Source of the DNA: Nitrospirales bacterium
GTDB taxonomy: Bacteria; Nitrospirota; Nitrospiria; Nitrospirales; UBA8639
Reading direction: 5' to 3'
DNA: 64,000 bases
Assembly: GCA_963422365.1 (NCBI GenBank)
Contig: OY729426.1
Span: 608,001 to 672,000, forward strand
Under the pieces are notes generated by a model. It ran no database searches. It was not told where the DNA came from and saw only the letters and a program-made list of their open reading frames with translations. Each line of letters starts with the position of its first letter. Within the stretch, counting starts at the first letter, position 1. The position numbers and the translations under genes are program-made. Of the stretch, positions 53,311-64,000 are shown piece after piece.

Positions 53311-54723
53311 TTACTTCGCGTCTTTCTGCTCTGTCTGTTTTTGTTTGAGCACGCGCGCGAGGTACGAGCGCTGGATCCCCAGCGCTTCCGCGGCTTTGGT
53401 CTGATTGCCATGAGCGCGTTTCAGCGCTTGCTCAATCAGAACGTGTCGGTAGTGTTCTATCGCCTCATGGTAGGGCAGATCACTCACCGCTCGGCCGTGA
53501 GGCTCTTCTTCATGATTGTGGGGGAGGCGTAAATGCTCGGGACCGATCACGTGGTCGGTCCCCAAGACCACGGCCCGAGCCACGGCATTCTCCAATTCCC
53601 GTACATTGCCCGGCCACGGATACGTTCGCATGGTGTCGAAGGCAGACGCCGTCAAGTGCATGCAGGGCTTTCCCATCTCCTTGGTATAGCGTTGAAGAAA
53701 CACGTCGGCCAAATGAGAAATATCATCGGGTCGTTCGCGTAACGGCGGGATGGAAAAACTGATCACATTTAACCGATGAAACAAATCTTCACGGAATTTG
53801 CCTTCTTTCACAGCCTTTGACAGCTCGCGATTCGTCGCGGCGATCACCCGGATATTGACCCGAACCACGCGTGTCCCGCCCACACGATGAAATTCTCGAT
53901 CCTGGAGAAGGCGCAACAGTTTGGCTTGCAGATCCTGAGCCATGTCCCCGATCTCGTCCAAGAAGAGGGTTCCTTCATCAGCCATCTCGACTTTTCCCTT
54001 TTGTTGCGTCGTCGCTCCCGTGAAGGCTCCTTTTTCATGACCGAACAATTCGTTTTCGAGCAAGGTCTCGGTTAAGGCCACGCAATTGATCACGACAAAG
54101 GGCCTATCAGCCCGTCTGCTCCATTGATGGATGGATCGTGCAAAGAGTTCCTTGCCTGTCCCGCTTTCTCCCAGCAAAAGAACGGTGGCATCCGAATCGG
54201 CCACACGTTTAGTGAGCTCAATGAGTGACGCCATGGCCGGTGTGGTCGCCACAATAGCGCCGTACCGGGATTCGACTTCCTTACGTAACACGGCGACGTG
54301 CCGTTTCAAGGCCTCGCGTTCCACGGCCTTTTGTATCACCAAGGTCAGGTGATCGATATCAAGGGGTTTCGTGAGAAAATCAGAGGCTCCACACTTCATG
54401 GCTTCGACGGCTCGTTGAATCGTCCCATGGGCCGTCATCACAATAATCGGAGGACGATGCGACAAGATCGCTTGCCCTGCCTCGCCACGAGGCGGCGGGG
54501 CCAGTTGCTCCTGCTTCGCCAATTTTTCCAGGACTTCAAGGCCCGTCATCCGAGGCATTTCTAAATCGAGCAACACAAGTCCAGGTTCCTCGGATTCCAA
54601 GAATCCGAGTGCGCGTTGCCCATCACCAGCGACCAGCGTTGTATATCCCAAAGCCTCTAGGCGATCCGTTAACATCAAAATAATGTCGGGATCATCATCA
54701 ACAACGAGAATTTTTTTCTGCAT
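53311..54723 (-). CDS. Sigma54-dependent (NtrC-family) response regulator
   Basis: Receiver domain, GESGTGKE, GAFTGA, WPGNVREL, Fis-type HTH. Confidence 0.94.
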   Translation of the reverse strand: MQKKILVVDDDPDIILMLTDRLEALGYTTLVAGDGQRALGFLESEEPGLVLLDLEMPRMTGLEVLEKLAKQEQLAPPPRGEAGQAILSHRPPIIVMTAHGTIQRAVEAMKCGASDFLTKPLDIDHLTLVIQKAVEREALKRHVAVLRKEVESRYGAIVATTPAMASLIELTKRVADSDATVLLLGESGTGKELFARSIHQWSRRADRPFVVINCVALTETLLENELFGHEKGAFTGATTQQKGKVEMADEGTLFLDEIGDMAQDLQAKLLRLLQDREFHRVGGTRVVRVNIRVIAATNRELSKAVKEGKFREDLFHRLNVISFSIPPLRERPDDISHLADVFLQRYTKEMGKPCMHLTASAFDTMRTYPWPGNVRELENAVARAVVLGTDHVIGPEHLRLPHNHEEEPHGRAVSDLPYHEAIEHYRHVLIEQALKRAHGNQTKAAEALGIQRSYLARVLKQKQTEQKDAK

Positions 54724-54745
54724 GAGCAACGGAGAACCCGGCGGT

Positions 54746-55729
54746 TCAACTCGGCTTGCGCTCAAATTCTTCAAGGACGGCAGCCGCCAACAGGGGAACC
54801 ATGATTTCATGGTGCCCGGTGAGTGAATACCCCCGGCCACCTTTTTGGGTGGGTCGCTTCACCACGTTGGTCAACGGTCGATACTGCGGCAAAAAATCCA
54901 TGTCCGCGGTGGTCATGTTCTTCAGCGCCTTCCCCAAATTACGGCTCAGGGTGACGGTTTTCAAAAAGACTTCGGGCAAGAGGACCGCAGACCCCACGTT
55001 CACGTAAACCCCCCCTTCCATTCGAGAAACCACTGCGGTCAATTTTCGAAAGTCCAGCAGCGAACCCGTGCCAAGGGCGGCTCCATCTGCCGACGGGTGC
55101 ATATGCACGATATCCGTGCCGACTGCCACGTGCACGGTCACGGGAATGCCGAGTTGCGCACCCGTCGCGAGAAGACTCGTTTTCCAATTCGGAAACCCTC
55201 TGCGTTGTTGCAGGATGTACCGGCCGACGGCTTCTCCCATCCCTAATCCCTGCGTCACCCCGCCCACGATGGCTTCATTAATCATTCGGCCTGTTTCTTC
55301 CGCCATGCCAAACCGGCCGGAATCGATTTCTGCTTCGACCTCCTCCGAGGTATGGCCCATCAACGCCAACTCGAAATCATGAATCACGCCTGCCCCGTTC
55401 AGCGCCACCGCCGTGACGATCTCTCGTTTCATCAGGTCTACAATCACGGGATTGAGCCCAACTTTGGTGGGATGCGCGCCCATCCCCAGAATCACGGGAC
55501 GTCCCCGTTTCCTGGCTTTGACAATGTCTCTAGCTAAGCTCCGAAGGCTCTTGACCGCCAGCACGTCGGGCAGCGACGACAGAAACGAGGCAAACGATCG
55601 CCCTTTTTGCCAGGGAACGGAAAAGTCGGCTACCCTGACCTTGCTCCGACGCGTGTTCAGCGAATAGGTTTTCAGGCGAGAGACATTGATGGGCCGGACC
55701 GAGGAAGAGTTTTTACGAGGTATACGCAA
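54746..55729 (-). CDS. Deoxyhypusine-synthase-like conserved protein (start uncertain)
   Basis: GMGAHPTKVG, IHDFELA and GSAVLLPEVFLK motifs; coupled to gmhA. Confidence 0.7.
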   Translation of the reverse strand: MRIPRKNSSSVRPINVSRLKTYSLNTRRSKVRVADFSVPWQKGRSFASFLSSLPDVLAVKSLRSLARDIVKARKRGRPVILGMGAHPTKVGLNPVIVDLMKREIVTAVALNGAGVIHDFELALMGHTSEEVEAEIDSGRFGMAEETGRMINEAIVGGVTQGLGMGEAVGRYILQQRRGFPNWKTSLLATGAQLGIPVTVHVAVGTDIVHMHPSADGAALGTGSLLDFRKLTAVVSRMEGGVYVNVGSAVLLPEVFLKTVTLSRNLGKALKNMTTADMDFLPQYRPLTNVVKRPTQKGGRGYSLTGHHEIMVPLLAAAVLEEFERKPS

Positions 55730-56294
55730 CGAGCTTCTCTTCGACCATTTCACATAACACGTGGCCGAGCGTGATGTGACATTCTTGGATTCGAGCGGTG
55801 ACTTTCGACGGCACAATGAAAGGATGATCGACGAGGCTTGCGAGCGTCCCCCCATCGTTTCCCATCCACCCCACGGTGATCAGACCTTTGTGCCGGGCAG
55901 TCTCAACGCCCTTCAACACGTTGGGCGAGTTCCCGCTGGTGCTAATGGCAATTACGATATCGCCCGGGCGACCCAGCGCGTCTACCTGCCGTACAAAAAT
56001 GTCCGCATAGCCATAATCATTAGCAATACACGTCACAGCGGCCATATCCGCTGCCAGGGCCACGGCAGGCAACGGCACACGGTCTCGATCATATCGCCCG
56101 ACAAACTCCGCGGCAATGTGCGACGCATCCGTGGCACTTCCGCCATTGCCGAAGAGTAGAATCTTCCCTCCCGCCTCAATGGCCTTGATGATGAGGTCCG
56201 CCACCTGCGCGATCCTGTCGGCATGGGTTCGAACAAATCGGAGTTTGACCTCTCCACTTTCTTGAAATCGTTGTGTAATTTGGTCCGGCATCAT
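55713..56294 (-). CDS. gmhA: Phosphoheptose (D-sedoheptulose-7-phosphate) isomerase
   Basis: GNGGSA, ANDYGY, STSGNS and IQECH motifs. Confidence 0.94.
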   Translation of the reverse strand: MMPDQITQRFQESGEVKLRFVRTHADRIAQVADLIIKAIEAGGKILLFGNGGSATDASHIAAEFVGRYDRDRVPLPAVALAADMAAVTCIANDYGYADIFVRQVDALGRPGDIVIAISTSGNSPNVLKGVETARHKGLITVGWMGNDGGTLASLVDHPFIVPSKVTARIQECHITLGHVLCEMVEEKLVAYTS

Positions 56295-56400
56295 GGGAGC
56301 GATTCTAGGCCCCCTCTCCAGAAATCTCAACAGGGGCCGTTAAAAATGGACATTCCCAACGCTTGGCGTTTACCAGGGTCGATGCTATAGTTTCGCCGTT

Positions 56401-57660
56401 ATGAACGAGGATTATCGGACCAAAGCGTTACTCATCGCGGTTTCCGGAGATCCTATCCCGGTACAGGCCTGCATCAATCGGCTCGTCCCGGAGTTTCTCT
56501 GTTTTGTGGTATCCGACTCCCGGAAAGCCTCTATCGAAGCAGACATTCAACCGGCAATCACCACAATGCCGCAACGATGGGATTGGATTCTCACGGAAGA
56601 GTCTGAAAGTTTTACCGCGGTCCATCACACGTTCACCCAAAGCCTTCCCGACATGTTGAAGACCTGGGGCCTGCAACCCGGAGAACTCGTCGTGGACTTC
56701 AGCAGAGCCACTCCGGCCATCGCCGCAGCGATGGCGCTCGCCAGCCGACCATGGACGTCGCAAGTTGTTTGCTTGACCACACCGGAGAGCGAGCCGGCCC
56801 AGAAGGACATCGTGAAGTTCGAAGGACGGACCTTCGCGTGGCAAGAGGGAAATCCCTGGAATGAAGAAGCCGTGACGGCCCGACAGGAAGCAGCCCTGTT
56901 ATTTAATCAAGGGGCATTTTCCTCGGCAGCCAAACGGTTTCGACGCATTGAATCGTTGGTCGGGGGAAGCCTCAAACCGCTGTATCACGCCCTGGCGAAT
57001 TTGGCCGATGGCTATGCCGCCTGGGAAGGCTTCAAATACCGAGAGGCCTGGGACAAACTCAAAACCGCTCTCAAGGCCTTGGAATTAGCCTCGGTCTGGG
57101 GAGGACCGCCCGGCATGTCTTTATTCCTGGCCGGCGTCAAACAGAACCTGAAGTTTTTGGAAAGCATTGTCATGGACCCCGATGACGTCAAGATCCCCGT
57201 GGCGTATGATTTACTCGCCCATGCGAAACGACGCGGGGAACGAGATCAGCACATCGACTTGGCCCTCCAACTGTTACTTCGAGCGCTAGAAGCCTATTCC
57301 CAGCACCAATTGTGGAACCAGCATGGAATCAAAAGCTGGGACGTGCAGGTTGAACAATTACCGCAAGATTTACAGGAACTCTGTCGGACCTGCTATGCCA
57401 ACGACATGGATGGGAAATTTCATCTTCCGCTACAGGCCCAATTTCGCGCCTTGGCCGGGCTGGGTCATCCCATGGGACAAACCTTCGTGAACGAGTGGGC
57501 AAAACTCAAAACCCTCTGGGATGCAACCGACCACAGCGTTCTGGGCCATGGGGTTCAAACCACGAAACCCGAACGGTTTCATCAGTTCTATGCCGTGGCC
57601 ATCAAACTGACCAACGTCACCGAACCCAACTTGCCGGCCTTCCCGAAGATGACGTTGTAA
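56401..57660 (+). CDS. Stand-alone CARF-HEPN-like protein (TIGR02710-like)
   Basis: N-terminal Rossmann/CARF-like region, NPW, Y.AW..F motif, RALE, C-terminal SVLGHG. Confidence 0.72.
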   Translation: MNEDYRTKALLIAVSGDPIPVQACINRLVPEFLCFVVSDSRKASIEADIQPAITTMPQRWDWILTEESESFTAVHHTFTQSLPDMLKTWGLQPGELVVDFSRATPAIAAAMALASRPWTSQVVCLTTPESEPAQKDIVKFEGRTFAWQEGNPWNEEAVTARQEAALLFNQGAFSSAAKRFRRIESLVGGSLKPLYHALANLADGYAAWEGFKYREAWDKLKTALKALELASVWGGPPGMSLFLAGVKQNLKFLESIVMDPDDVKIPVAYDLLAHAKRRGERDQHIDLALQLLLRALEAYSQHQLWNQHGIKSWDVQVEQLPQDLQELCRTCYANDMDGKFHLPLQAQFRALAGLGHPMGQTFVNEWAKLKTLWDATDHSVLGHGVQTTKPERFHQFYAVAIKLTNVTEPNLPAFPKMTL

Positions 57661-57666
57661 CTTCCG

Positions 57667-57732
57667 TGAACGTCACAATCTATTATGAAGAGACCGACCG
57701 GCATGGTGTCTTACGCCAACCATCTCAAATCG
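57667..57732 (+). pseudogene. YbgC-like acyl-CoA thioesterase N-terminal remnant
   Basis: VTIYYEETD / GMVSYANHLK resembles the IYYEDTDAGGVVYYANYLK motif. Confidence 0.5.
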
Positions 57733-57858
57733 TCGAAGGATCAGCCACCCTCTCAGTTGCTGACGATGGTGTCGCTGCCGCATCTCATGCGGCAGAAAGG
57801 CAATGAAAATACTTCAGGCAACCTACCTCTGAACAGCGGAGGAACAGAGACGAGTGCG

Positions 57859-58212
57859 TTAAGGCTTTTCCCGAAACAGCCAGGCCAAATACATGCCGGC
57901 GATGGCCAGCGTCACCAACTCCACGGTTTGGAGGATGCGACTCACCACCGCCTCGGGCTCCGGAGGCGACAGAATAAAATGCATGCCCAGGTAAGCAGGG
58001 GGGACGCCAGGCGGCGACTCCCACGGCGGAAACAGGACTGCAAGAATCAACGCGCCCGTCATGACGTACAAGATTCGAAGATTCAGGATTTCCTTGGATC
58101 GCGATTCAGCTTGCGGCTCCTGAACGAACCGCTTTCCGCAACTGTGGCAAAAGCGAGCCTCCGAAGACAATTCATGCCCGCATGCCTGACACGTCTTTTG
58201 ACCATTCATCAC
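57859..58212 (-). CDS. Zinc-ribbon membrane protein
   Basis: CQACG..FCHSCG plus two hydrophobic segments. Confidence 0.7.
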   Translation of the reverse strand: MMNGQKTCQACGHELSSEARFCHSCGKRFVQEPQAESRSKEILNLRILYVMTGALILAVLFPPWESPPGVPPAYLGMHFILSPPEPEAVVSRILQTVELVTLAIAGMYLAWLFREKP

Positions 58213-58497
58213 GTCAGATTATAATCAAGCTGAGAGAAATTACCAGTGGGGAACTCTGAGTCACCAAAATCTGAGACACAGACGGAGTTGTCTGGCACTG
58301 TGGTGGCATAAGGCACGTGTGACTCCCATCATGAGTTGGAGGCGCGTCTGAATTCAGGAACGCCTTGAAGGAAAACCAACGCAGGATGTGGTCGGCGCCT
58401 ACCAGGAAACGGTTTCAAAAGAAATGCGGGCAAGGTAAGATTGCGATACGCTTCGCGGGAAGCGATCCGGCAAATATCCAAATATGGAATTGGACTG

Positions 58498-59343
58498 ATG
58501 AACCAAGTAGCCGAACCCAGAGCAAGCTACGGTGGACCGTGGACCAGAGAAAAGCTAGAAATACTGAAAAAGTATCTGGATGCCTACACGACCGCACTAA
58601 AAAAGACGCCGTTCAAGCTGATGTACATCGATGCCTTCGCCGGCACGGGTCATTTGGATCTCGATTATATGGATACCAAGGATTTCATGCGTGGCTCAGC
58701 AATAAGGGCTGTCAGCATTGACAACAGGCCGTTCGATAAACTGATTTTTGTTGAAAAAAAACAAGAGCGATGTGATGAATTGGCAAACCTAAGAAAAGAG
58801 CACCCCGGCAGAAATATTCAGATTGAGAATTCGGATGCAAACGAGTTTCTGAGAAGTCTTCAACAAAATTGGAATCAATGGCGCGGCGTCCTTTTTCTCG
58901 ACCCGTTCGCCACGGAAGTCGAATGGTCTACCATCAAAACGATAGCGGGTTTCAATGCGTTGGACACTTGGGTTCTTTTCCCTGTATCTGCAATCGTACG
59001 GATCTTGCCAACATCACGACAACCTGACGATATTTCACCCAAATGGGCCAAGTGTCTTACTCGGATTTTCGGAGATGAGAGTTGGCGCAACCTCTACCAA
59101 GAAAACCCCCAGGGAAACTTGTATGGCGATGTCGAATATCAGAGAAAGCCAGGCGTCGATGGACTCATCGGCATCTACAAGAAAAACCTGAAAAACCTTT
59201 TTGGCACAAGGTGGCTTGAGCAATCTCGATCTCTAAAGAACTCCAATAATTCCCCATTGTTCGAGTTTATGTTCTGCGTGGGAAGCCCGAAGGGAATCGA
59301 TCCCGCCACCAGAATCGCAAACCACATCCTGAAGCACCTGTAG
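58498..59343 (+). CDS. tcmP: Three-Cys-motif partner protein (TcmP; methyltransferase-like fold)
   Basis: [24 protein letters not shown] and FLDPF motifs; adjacent to DUF5131. Confidence 0.85.
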   Translation: MNQVAEPRASYGGPWTREKLEILKKYLDAYTTALKKTPFKLMYIDAFAGTGHLDLDYMDTKDFMRGSAIRAVSIDNRPFDKLIFVEKKQERCDELANLRKEHPGRNIQIENSDANEFLRSLQQNWNQWRGVLFLDPFATEVEWSTIKTIAGFNALDTWVLFPVSAIVRILPTSRQPDDISPKWAKCLTRIFGDESWRNLYQENPQGNLYGDVEYQRKPGVDGLIGIYKKNLKNLFGTRWLEQSRSLKNSNNSPLFEFMFCVGSPKGIDPATRIANHILKHL

Positions 59344-59345
59344 CC

Positions 59346-60065
59346 ATGTCCACGCCGTCGCGCATCGAATGGACCGAGACCACATGGAACCCGGTCACGG
59401 GCTGCACGAAAATCAGCGACGGCTGCAAGCATTGCTACGCCGAGCGAATGGCAACACGGCTCCACGCCATGGGCGTCACGAAATACCGGAACGGGTTCGA
59501 CCTCACCGTTCACGAGCCGGCACTAGACGCACCGCTCCGGTGGAAAAAACCTCGGCTCGTGTTCGTGAACTCGATGAGCGACCTGTTCCACGACTCCGTC
59601 CCTACCGGCTTCATCCAGTCGGTGTTCCGCGTCATGAATCAGGCATCGCCGCACACGTTTCAGGTGCTGACGAAACGCCCTGCTCGCGTCATGGACCTCG
59701 ATCACGAACTGAACTGGACGCCGAATATCTGGCTCGGCGTGAGCATCGAATCCGAAGCGTGGCTCAACCGCGTGGCGAAACTGATACACGCCGGCGCCCA
59801 CGTGAAATTCCTGTCTCTCGAACCGTTGCTGGGGCCGTTGCCCGGCCTGGATTTGGCAGGAATCGATTGGGTGATCGTCGGCGGAGAATCAGGGCCCGGT
59901 GCCCGGCCCATGAAGGCGGAGTGGGTGCGGGACATCCGCGACCAGTGCCTGCGACGCGGCGTCCCGTTTTTCTTTAAGCAGTGGGGCGGCGTGCGCAAGC
60001 ACCGGACCGGTCGCGTGCTCGATCACACCACGTGGGACCAAATGCCACGTTTCACAACAATCTGA
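59346..60065 (+). CDS. DUF5131 / phage Gp37-Gp68 family (radical-SAM-like) protein
   Basis: [41 protein letters not shown] and FFFKQWGG motifs. Confidence 0.92.
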   Translation: MSTPSRIEWTETTWNPVTGCTKISDGCKHCYAERMATRLHAMGVTKYRNGFDLTVHEPALDAPLRWKKPRLVFVNSMSDLFHDSVPTGFIQSVFRVMNQASPHTFQVLTKRPARVMDLDHELNWTPNIWLGVSIESEAWLNRVAKLIHAGAHVKFLSLEPLLGPLPGLDLAGIDWVIVGGESGPGARPMKAEWVRDIRDQCLRRGVPFFFKQWGGVRKHRTGRVLDHTTWDQMPRFTTI

Positions 60066-60205
60066 CGCCATGCCAAGACTCCTCCCAGCCCACCGCATCC
60101 GGGCCGCTCGATCAGACCGGACTGTCTCGACGCCCTCGGACTGACGGTGACGGATGTTTGTTCTCAACTCGCCCTTGCACGTGTCCAAGCCAAGAAGCCC
60201 CCATC

Positions 60206-62970
60206 ATGGCCCCTGTGAATCAAACCCCGGAACAAAAAGCCCGCGACAACATTGATAGGATGTTGGTTGATGCGGGTTGGGTCGTCCAAGACAAAAAGGG
60301 CATCGACTTCAATGCCGGGCCAGGAGTGGCCGTCAGAGAATATCAGACAGATAGTGGGCCGGCGGATTATGTGCTGTTTGTGGATCGTCAACCGGCAGGA
60401 ATTGTTGAGGCCAAGAAAGAAGAAGAAGGGCACTGCCTGACCACAGCGGAAACACAGTCCGATGACTACGCCAAAGCGAAATTGAAATGGATTGCCGATA
60501 GCAAGCCACTTCCCTTCATCTATGAAAGTACGGACGTCCTGACGCGGTTTCGAGACGAACGTGCCCCGAAACCACGATCCCGGCCGGTCTTTACTTTTCA
60601 CCGGCCCGAAACGTTCAAGGCATGGATATCACAGCCTGAAACTCTGTGTTCCCGCTTACTGGATCTTCCCGTTCTCAATACCGAAGGATCGCGGGACTGC
60701 CAGATCAGGGCCATCAACAATCTGGAGCAATCATTTCAAGAGAATCACCCGCGCGCCCTGATCCAGATGGCCACCGGATCAGGGAAGACCTTTACGGCCA
60801 TCACGTTCATCCACCGATTGCTCAAATTCGCCGATGCGAAACGAGTGTTGTGTCTGGTGGATACTAAAAACCTAGGCGAGCAGGCCGAACAGGAGTTCGT
60901 GGCCTACGTGCCCAATGATGACAATCGCACATTCACCGAACTGTATACCGTGCAGCGCCTGAAATCCGGTTATATCGCTTCAGATATCCAGGTTTGTATC
61001 AGCACCATTCAGCGGCTTTACTCTATTTTGAAAGGGGAACCGTTAGACGAAGCCGCTAAACTGGAAAACCCCGCCGAACGGCTTCAACCTCAAAGCCCCG
61101 TGCCCGTGAGTTATAACGGGAAAACTCCCATTGAGTTCTTTGCTTTCGTCGTCATTGATGAATGTCATCGGTCGATCTATAACCTCTGGAGGCAGGTATT
61201 GGAGTATTACGACGCGTTTCTTATTGGCTTAACCGCAACCCCGGACAAGCGCACGTTTGGGTTCTTCAATGAAAACGTCGTCAGCGAATACGGCCATAAA
61301 GAGGCCGTGGCCGACGGCGTGAACGTGGGATACGACGTGTACAACATCGAAACAGAAATGACCCAAAAAGGCGCGAAGATTACAGCTAAGGAATATGTAG
61401 ACAAGCGGGACTGGCTGACCCGAAAAAAAACGTTGGACACAGCTAGATGAAGAGGTCGAGTCTGCTCCCAGGGATTTAGACAGAGACATCGTCAATCCCA
61501 GCCAGATCCGAAATATCATTCGGACGTTCCGCGACAAACTTCCTGAAATGTTTCCAGGACGGAAGGAGATCCCTAAAACCTTGATTTTCGCCAAGACCAA
61601 TAGCCACGCCGACGATATGATCCAGATCGTTCGGGAGGAATTCGGGGAAGGCAATGAATTCTGCAAAAAGGTGACGTATCAGATCGAAGAAGACCCAACA
61701 TCCGTTTTGGCGCAATTTCGGAACGATTTCCATCCCCGTATTGCGGTGACCGTAGACATGATTGCGACGGGAACCGAAGTCAAACCACTGGAATGTCTGC
61801 TCTTCATGCGTGACGTGAAAAGCCGCAACTACTTCGACCAAATGAAGGGACGGGGCACTCGTACACTGGAGTACGACGACCTGAAAAAAGTGACGCCCTC
61901 AACGCACAGCGCCAAGACGCACTTTGTGATTGTGGATGCCGTCGGCGTGACGAAATCCCTGAAAACGGATAGCCGACCACTGGAGAAAAAACCGACCGTT
62001 CCGCTGAAAGACCTTCTTTCTGTCGTCATGATGTGGACACGGGATAAAGAGACCATTTCTTCCCTCGCGAACCGCCTGGCCCGGCTTTCCAAACAACTGA
62101 GTGACGACGAACACAAACGGATTACGGAAAAGACCGAGGGCAAGACCATCAATCAAGTTGTTCATGACTTGCTCGATGCCATGGATCCGGATACACAGAA
62201 GAAAAAGGCCCGTGAGGTGAATACCCTTGCTCCCAACCAGGCTCCTTCAGAAGGACAGATCGAAACGGCAAAAGGAGAACTGGTGAAAGAGGCAACAGGC
62301 GTGTTTACCGGTGCGTTGAATACGTTGCTTGAGAATATCCGCCGAAGCCACGAACAGATTATTGATACGGTGAACATAGACACGGTGGAATTTGCCGGAT
62401 GGGATACACGGGCCACGGAGAAAGCCCAGGTACTCATACAGGATTTCACGTCTTACCTCGAGACTCACAAGGATGAGATCACGGCGCTACGCATCTTCTA
62501 TAACCAGCCCTATCGCCGACGAGAATTGACGTATCAAATGATCAAGGACATTCTGGAACAGCTGAAGCGGGAGACCGAACCTCGCACCGCTACGGATCTG
62601 GCAGGCTTATAAACAACTGGACGACTATAAAGGCCAAGAGCCGGTGAGTGAGCTAACGGCACTCGTGGCGCTGATCCGACGCGCCTGCGGCATTGACGAA
62701 ACCCTTTCACCATATTCGGAAACCATTCTCCGGAACTTTCAGCACTGGATCATGAAACGCCACAGTGGCGGAGGCACGAAATTCAATGAAGAACAAATGC
62801 ACTGGTTACGCATGATCCGCGACCATATCAGCAGTTCGTTCCACCTGGATCGTGAGGATCTTGACTATGCCCCATTCGACGCCCAGGGTGGCTTAGGTCG
62901 CATGGCGCAGTTATTCGGTGATGAGATGGATCGGGTAATTGACGAAATGAATGAGGCGTTGGCGGCGTGA
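60206..62970 (+). pseudogene. hsdR: Type I RM restriction subunit (EcoEI-like), two frameshifts
   Basis: ADYVLF..EAKK, MATGSGKT, DECHRS, QMKGRGTR; shifts at the A8 run 61423-61430 and near 62572. Confidence 0.88.
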
Positions 62971-63017
62971 AGGCAGGAAGGAGTAAGGAAAAAGGGAGAA
63001 GGAAAAAGGATGAAGTC

Positions 63018-63374
63018 ATGGATCTTCGGACTCGGACGAAGGAGTTTGCACTGCAGATCATTCGCCTTTACTCAGGTCTTCCCAAGCGGACCGAGGCTCA
63101 AGTCATAGGCAGGCAAATTATTCGTTCTGGAACGTCTGTGGGAGCCAATTACAGGGAGGCGTATCGCGCGCGGAGCAAAGCGGAGTTCATCGCAAAGGCT
63201 GGCGATTGTTTGAAGGAGATTGAAGAAACCGGATATTGGCTTGAACTGCTTGTCGACTCAGGAATCGTTTCCGAGGAGCAACTTGAAAGCCTGAGAAATG
63301 AATGCGGTGAATTGACTGCGATATTCGTCACTTCAATTCGGAATGCGAAGAGCAACAATGAACGTGGCGCGTGA
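63018..63374 (+). CDS. Four-helix-bundle (23S rRNA IVS family) protein
   Basis: RTKEFAL...QIIRSGTSVGANYREA..ARS.AEF..K...E.EET.YWLELL; 7-nt-periodic purine repeats upstream. Confidence 0.9.
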   Translation: MDLRTRTKEFALQIIRLYSGLPKRTEAQVIGRQIIRSGTSVGANYREAYRARSKAEFIAKAGDCLKEIEETGYWLELLVDSGIVSEEQLESLRNECGELTAIFVTSIRNAKSNNERGA

Positions 63375-64000
63375 AGTGATACCAATCGGAGAAGCGCTCG
63401 CCCCGAGAAATGAGAGGATCGCACCTGCCGACTATCCTGAGTTGCCTTATATTGGTCTTGACAACATTGAAGCTCATTCCATGCGTTTACTCGGTTCAAA
63501 ACCTGCTGCAAGCATGAAAAGTTCCGCCAAACGTTTCTATCCCGGTGATGTGCTTTACTCACGGCTGAACCCCTATCTGAACAAAGTCTGGCCGTCGGAC
63601 CGCAACGGCATTTGCTCATCCGAGTTCATCGTGATGCCCGGCAATCATCTCGTGGATCCCAGCTTTCTCGCATTCAGGCTCAACGCCATGGATTTCGTTT
63701 CATTCGCAACCAGCTTGAATGCAGGCGACAGACCGCGTGTAGACGTTGCTCAGATTTCTACCTTTTGCCTTCCTCCTTTTTCCAGTGTGTTCACAAGAAG
63801 AACAGAAAAAAATAGTCGAGAAAATCGAAGCCCGCCTCTCCGTTGCCGAAAAACTGGAACAAGATATTAAGGACGGCCTGAAACAAGCTGAAGCCCTCCG
63901 TCAATCCATCCTAAAAAAAGCCTTTTCCGGACAACTGGTCGCTCAAGACGCCAATGATGAGCCTGCCAGTGTTTTGCTGGAGCGGATCAAGACGGAGAAG
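63358..64000 (+). pseudogene. hsdS: Type I RM specificity subunit with one target-recognition domain (TRD) deleted and a frameshift (runs to window end)
   Basis: YIGLDNIE..F.PGDVLYSRLNPYLNKV..SSEF; then in another frame EEQKKIV..LRQSILKKAFSGQLV..DEPASVLLERIK. Confidence 0.82.

Noticed and set aside
56401..57660. CRISPR-Cas locus
   Set aside because: No repeat-spacer array or cas genes were seen in the window.
61423..61430. A8 tract in hsdR as a phase-variation switch
   Set aside because: A second independent frameshift near 62572 and a broken hsdS make simple decay more likely; not excluded without reads.
38461..63374. Diversity-generating retroelement suggested by Avd-like four-helix-bundle genes
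   Set aside because: No reverse transcriptase and no template/variable repeat pair with adenine-specific mismatches was seen.

Overview
This window comes from a Nitrospirales (Nitrospira-like) chromosome, judged from 16S signature segments and gene content. It opens with a minus-strand rRNA operon (16S, tRNA-Ile, tRNA-Ala, partial 23S). Intact housekeeping genes follow: dus, maf, gpmA, argD-F-G-H, lysA-dapA-dapB, hemL, purM, apaH, gmhA, a two-component pair and tRNA-Gln. Between them lie four accessory/defence patches (about 8.1-18 kb, 20.8-23.3 kb, 33.8-43.6 kb and 58.4-64 kb), three of them rich in pseudogenes. Two unusual structures stand out. (1) At 9.6-17.6 kb, a type IIG restriction-modification (RM) gene fragment ends exactly at an inverted-repeat site just upstream of a Cre-like tyrosine recombinase. 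Five divergent copies of the RM C-terminal tail ('EID.LVY.LY.LT..EI..VE') follow, interleaved with different defence/toxin-antitoxin (TA) cargo, like a cassette array. (2) A four-helix-bundle (23S-rRNA intervening-sequence/Avd-like) gene, bounded by 7-nt-periodic complementary arms, sits inside a type III Mod methyltransferase gene in another frame, while the Mod frame stays open across the ~468-nt insert. All family calls are by motif recognition; no database searches were run, and hand-read boundaries may be off by a few nt.
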